In this document: one piece after another, positions 62,417-64,000 of the stretch
Layout of the letters: every line of letters starts with the position of its first letter
Position numbering within the stretch: the stretch's first letter is position 1
Assembly: GCF_004010195.1 (NCBI RefSeq)
Contig: NC_057720.1
Span: 32,701,383-32,765,382, forward strand
Direction: 5' to 3'
Length of the DNA stretch: 64,000 bases
Origin: Chiloscyllium plagiosum
Lineage: Eukaryota
The notes under the pieces: model-generated
The model's input: only the letters and a program-made list of their open reading frames with translations
Told to the model about the DNA's origin: nothing
The model's database searches: none
Program-made: the position numbers and the translations under genes

Positions 62417-64000
62417 ATTTTTTTTGAAATATATTTATTAGCAGTTTTTTAAACTTTACAAACATATTAAATTATTGAAAAAAGTCAATCACAAATATCA
62501 GTATAATAAAAAGAAAAAAACACAAATTACAATACAACTGCTATCTACTAACTACTAACCTACTCTATAATACAAAGCAAACTCTAACACTGTGCAAAGC
62601 AACACCAAAAAAAAAAGAAAAGCACAAAAAAAACAAAATACAGTATAGCTATGCTCGACGCAAGGCTCCCAAACAAAGGAACGGGAGCATTGTATACATA
62701 CCCGTATTAACTCGGGAGACCCTCTCCAGGGCCCAGGGCTTGACAAATCTAATCATCCTTGTTAAACAAACGCCCTAGTTAAGATAACTGATAAATCTAT
62801 ATCCAAATAACTCAAGTAGGGCTGCCATGTCATATAAAAATTGTCTGTTGTGTGGTGCACTATGTTTGTAAGAAAGTCCAAGGGAATGTGCTCCACAATT
62901 AATTTCTGCCATCCCAGCAAGCCCGGAGGGTTCTCAGACACCCAATTCATCAGAATATTCTTCCGTGCACAGTATGCAAGAATATTAAATAGTTTCTTCC
63001 CATGCCCGTCTAAAGATGGTAAATTCAGTAGACCTAAGAGGAGAGACATTGGGTCTACTTTGACTTCAGTCCTCAATACCCTTCCTATCTCTCCCGCCAC
63101 AGCACTCCAATAAACATGGAGCCTATGGCATGTCCAGAAGCAATGGGTAAGAGTACCTACACTTATTTTACATTTGGGGCACACACTGAAGATGCCCCTT
63201 TTTTAAACTTCACCAGACGGTCTGGTGCCAGATGAGCCCTGTGCAGAACTTTTAACTGCGTAGCACATATCCTGTTACAGATTGAGATCTTTCGAGTATT
63301 CTCCCATATGTTTTCCCATGTTTCAAAAGAGATCTCCACTCCCAGCTCTTGCTCCCAGACCTCTCATAACCGGTTAATATCCTGCTAGGCCCTGCCACCC
63401 AGCAGGCGATAGAGGGCACTAACCGAAAAGGAGCGTAGCAACATTCTCTCTGTATCGGGCTTATAGGGCTTAGTGAGAAGCGTAGTCTTCTTCTGGATGA
63501 AATCCCTAACCTTCAGGGAGCCTGACAATTCGGAGATTTATCCTCCGACCTCGATTTTCGAGGTCGTCGATATGGTTTTGCAAGGCCTGCGCCTCTTGCT
63601 CCAGCACCTGGATCCGACTGGAGGAGGACTCCATTGCAGCTCCCGAGACATTAGTTTGACCCTCCACCTCCTCCAGTCTCTCCCAAAGGCCCTGGATCTC
63701 CTGCTCGTGCTTCTGCAACATGGATACAATAGGTTGCACCTGGGCACGAATCTTCCCACGAATTTCCTCAATCGCAGCCGCAACTTTCAAGGTAAGTCTC
63801 TCCATCGCTGCAGCCAATTCCTGTGAGTTTGTCCGGTCCCTGGGGGTTCAGGAGAGACTGCTGCTGCAGTCTCTGGTGTGGTAGGTGCTGCAGGGGAGTG
63901 TCCTCCCTGTTGCTGTTTGCTTGCTTCTTTTCCCTTTGGCATTCTTCCCACTCCCAAATATTAAGAAATATGTGTTCTGTAAGATTTTAAACTAATATTT
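62417..64000 (-). mobile_element. L1-clade LINE with large internal deletion (ORF1 N-terminal part joined to ORF2 C-terminus), poly(A) tail
   Basis: ORF1 has a coiled coil plus IDDLENRGRRINLRIVRLPEG (63817-63510). ORF2 C-terminus has CPKC…GTLTHCFWTC…YW (63184-62762). Minus-strand AATAAA at 62434-62439 and an A-tail at ~62417-62425. Confidence 0.88.

Overview
This is eukaryotic, repeat-dense genomic DNA, very likely from a cartilaginous fish: it carries many HE1-type V-SINEs and CR1 LINEs. The only host coding sequence I can recognise is the terminal coding exon of HECTD3 (minus strand, 60839-60923). Its upstream exons lie beyond the window. The rest is mostly transposable elements: nested CR1 copies (one near full length with a zinc-finger/SGNH-esterase ORF1), about 10 HE1 SINEs, a dozen Penelope-like (PLE) insertions, an internally deleted L1, and old Gypsy, Vingi/Ingi-like, L2, DeuSINE-like and MITE remnants. 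A ~6.5-kb CpG-rich 24-bp tandem array (with an N gap) produces the long spurious six-frame ORFs. The most notable observations are (i) minimal hammerhead-ribozyme motifs in three PLE-derived families, often as inverted pairs flanked by target-site duplications; (ii) a PLE insertion that has captured ~160 bp of neighbouring host DNA inside one TSD; and (iii) the domain and higher-order structure of the 24-bp array. No prokaryotic systems (CRISPR, operons) are present. All family assignments come from motif recognition by eye; no database search was run.
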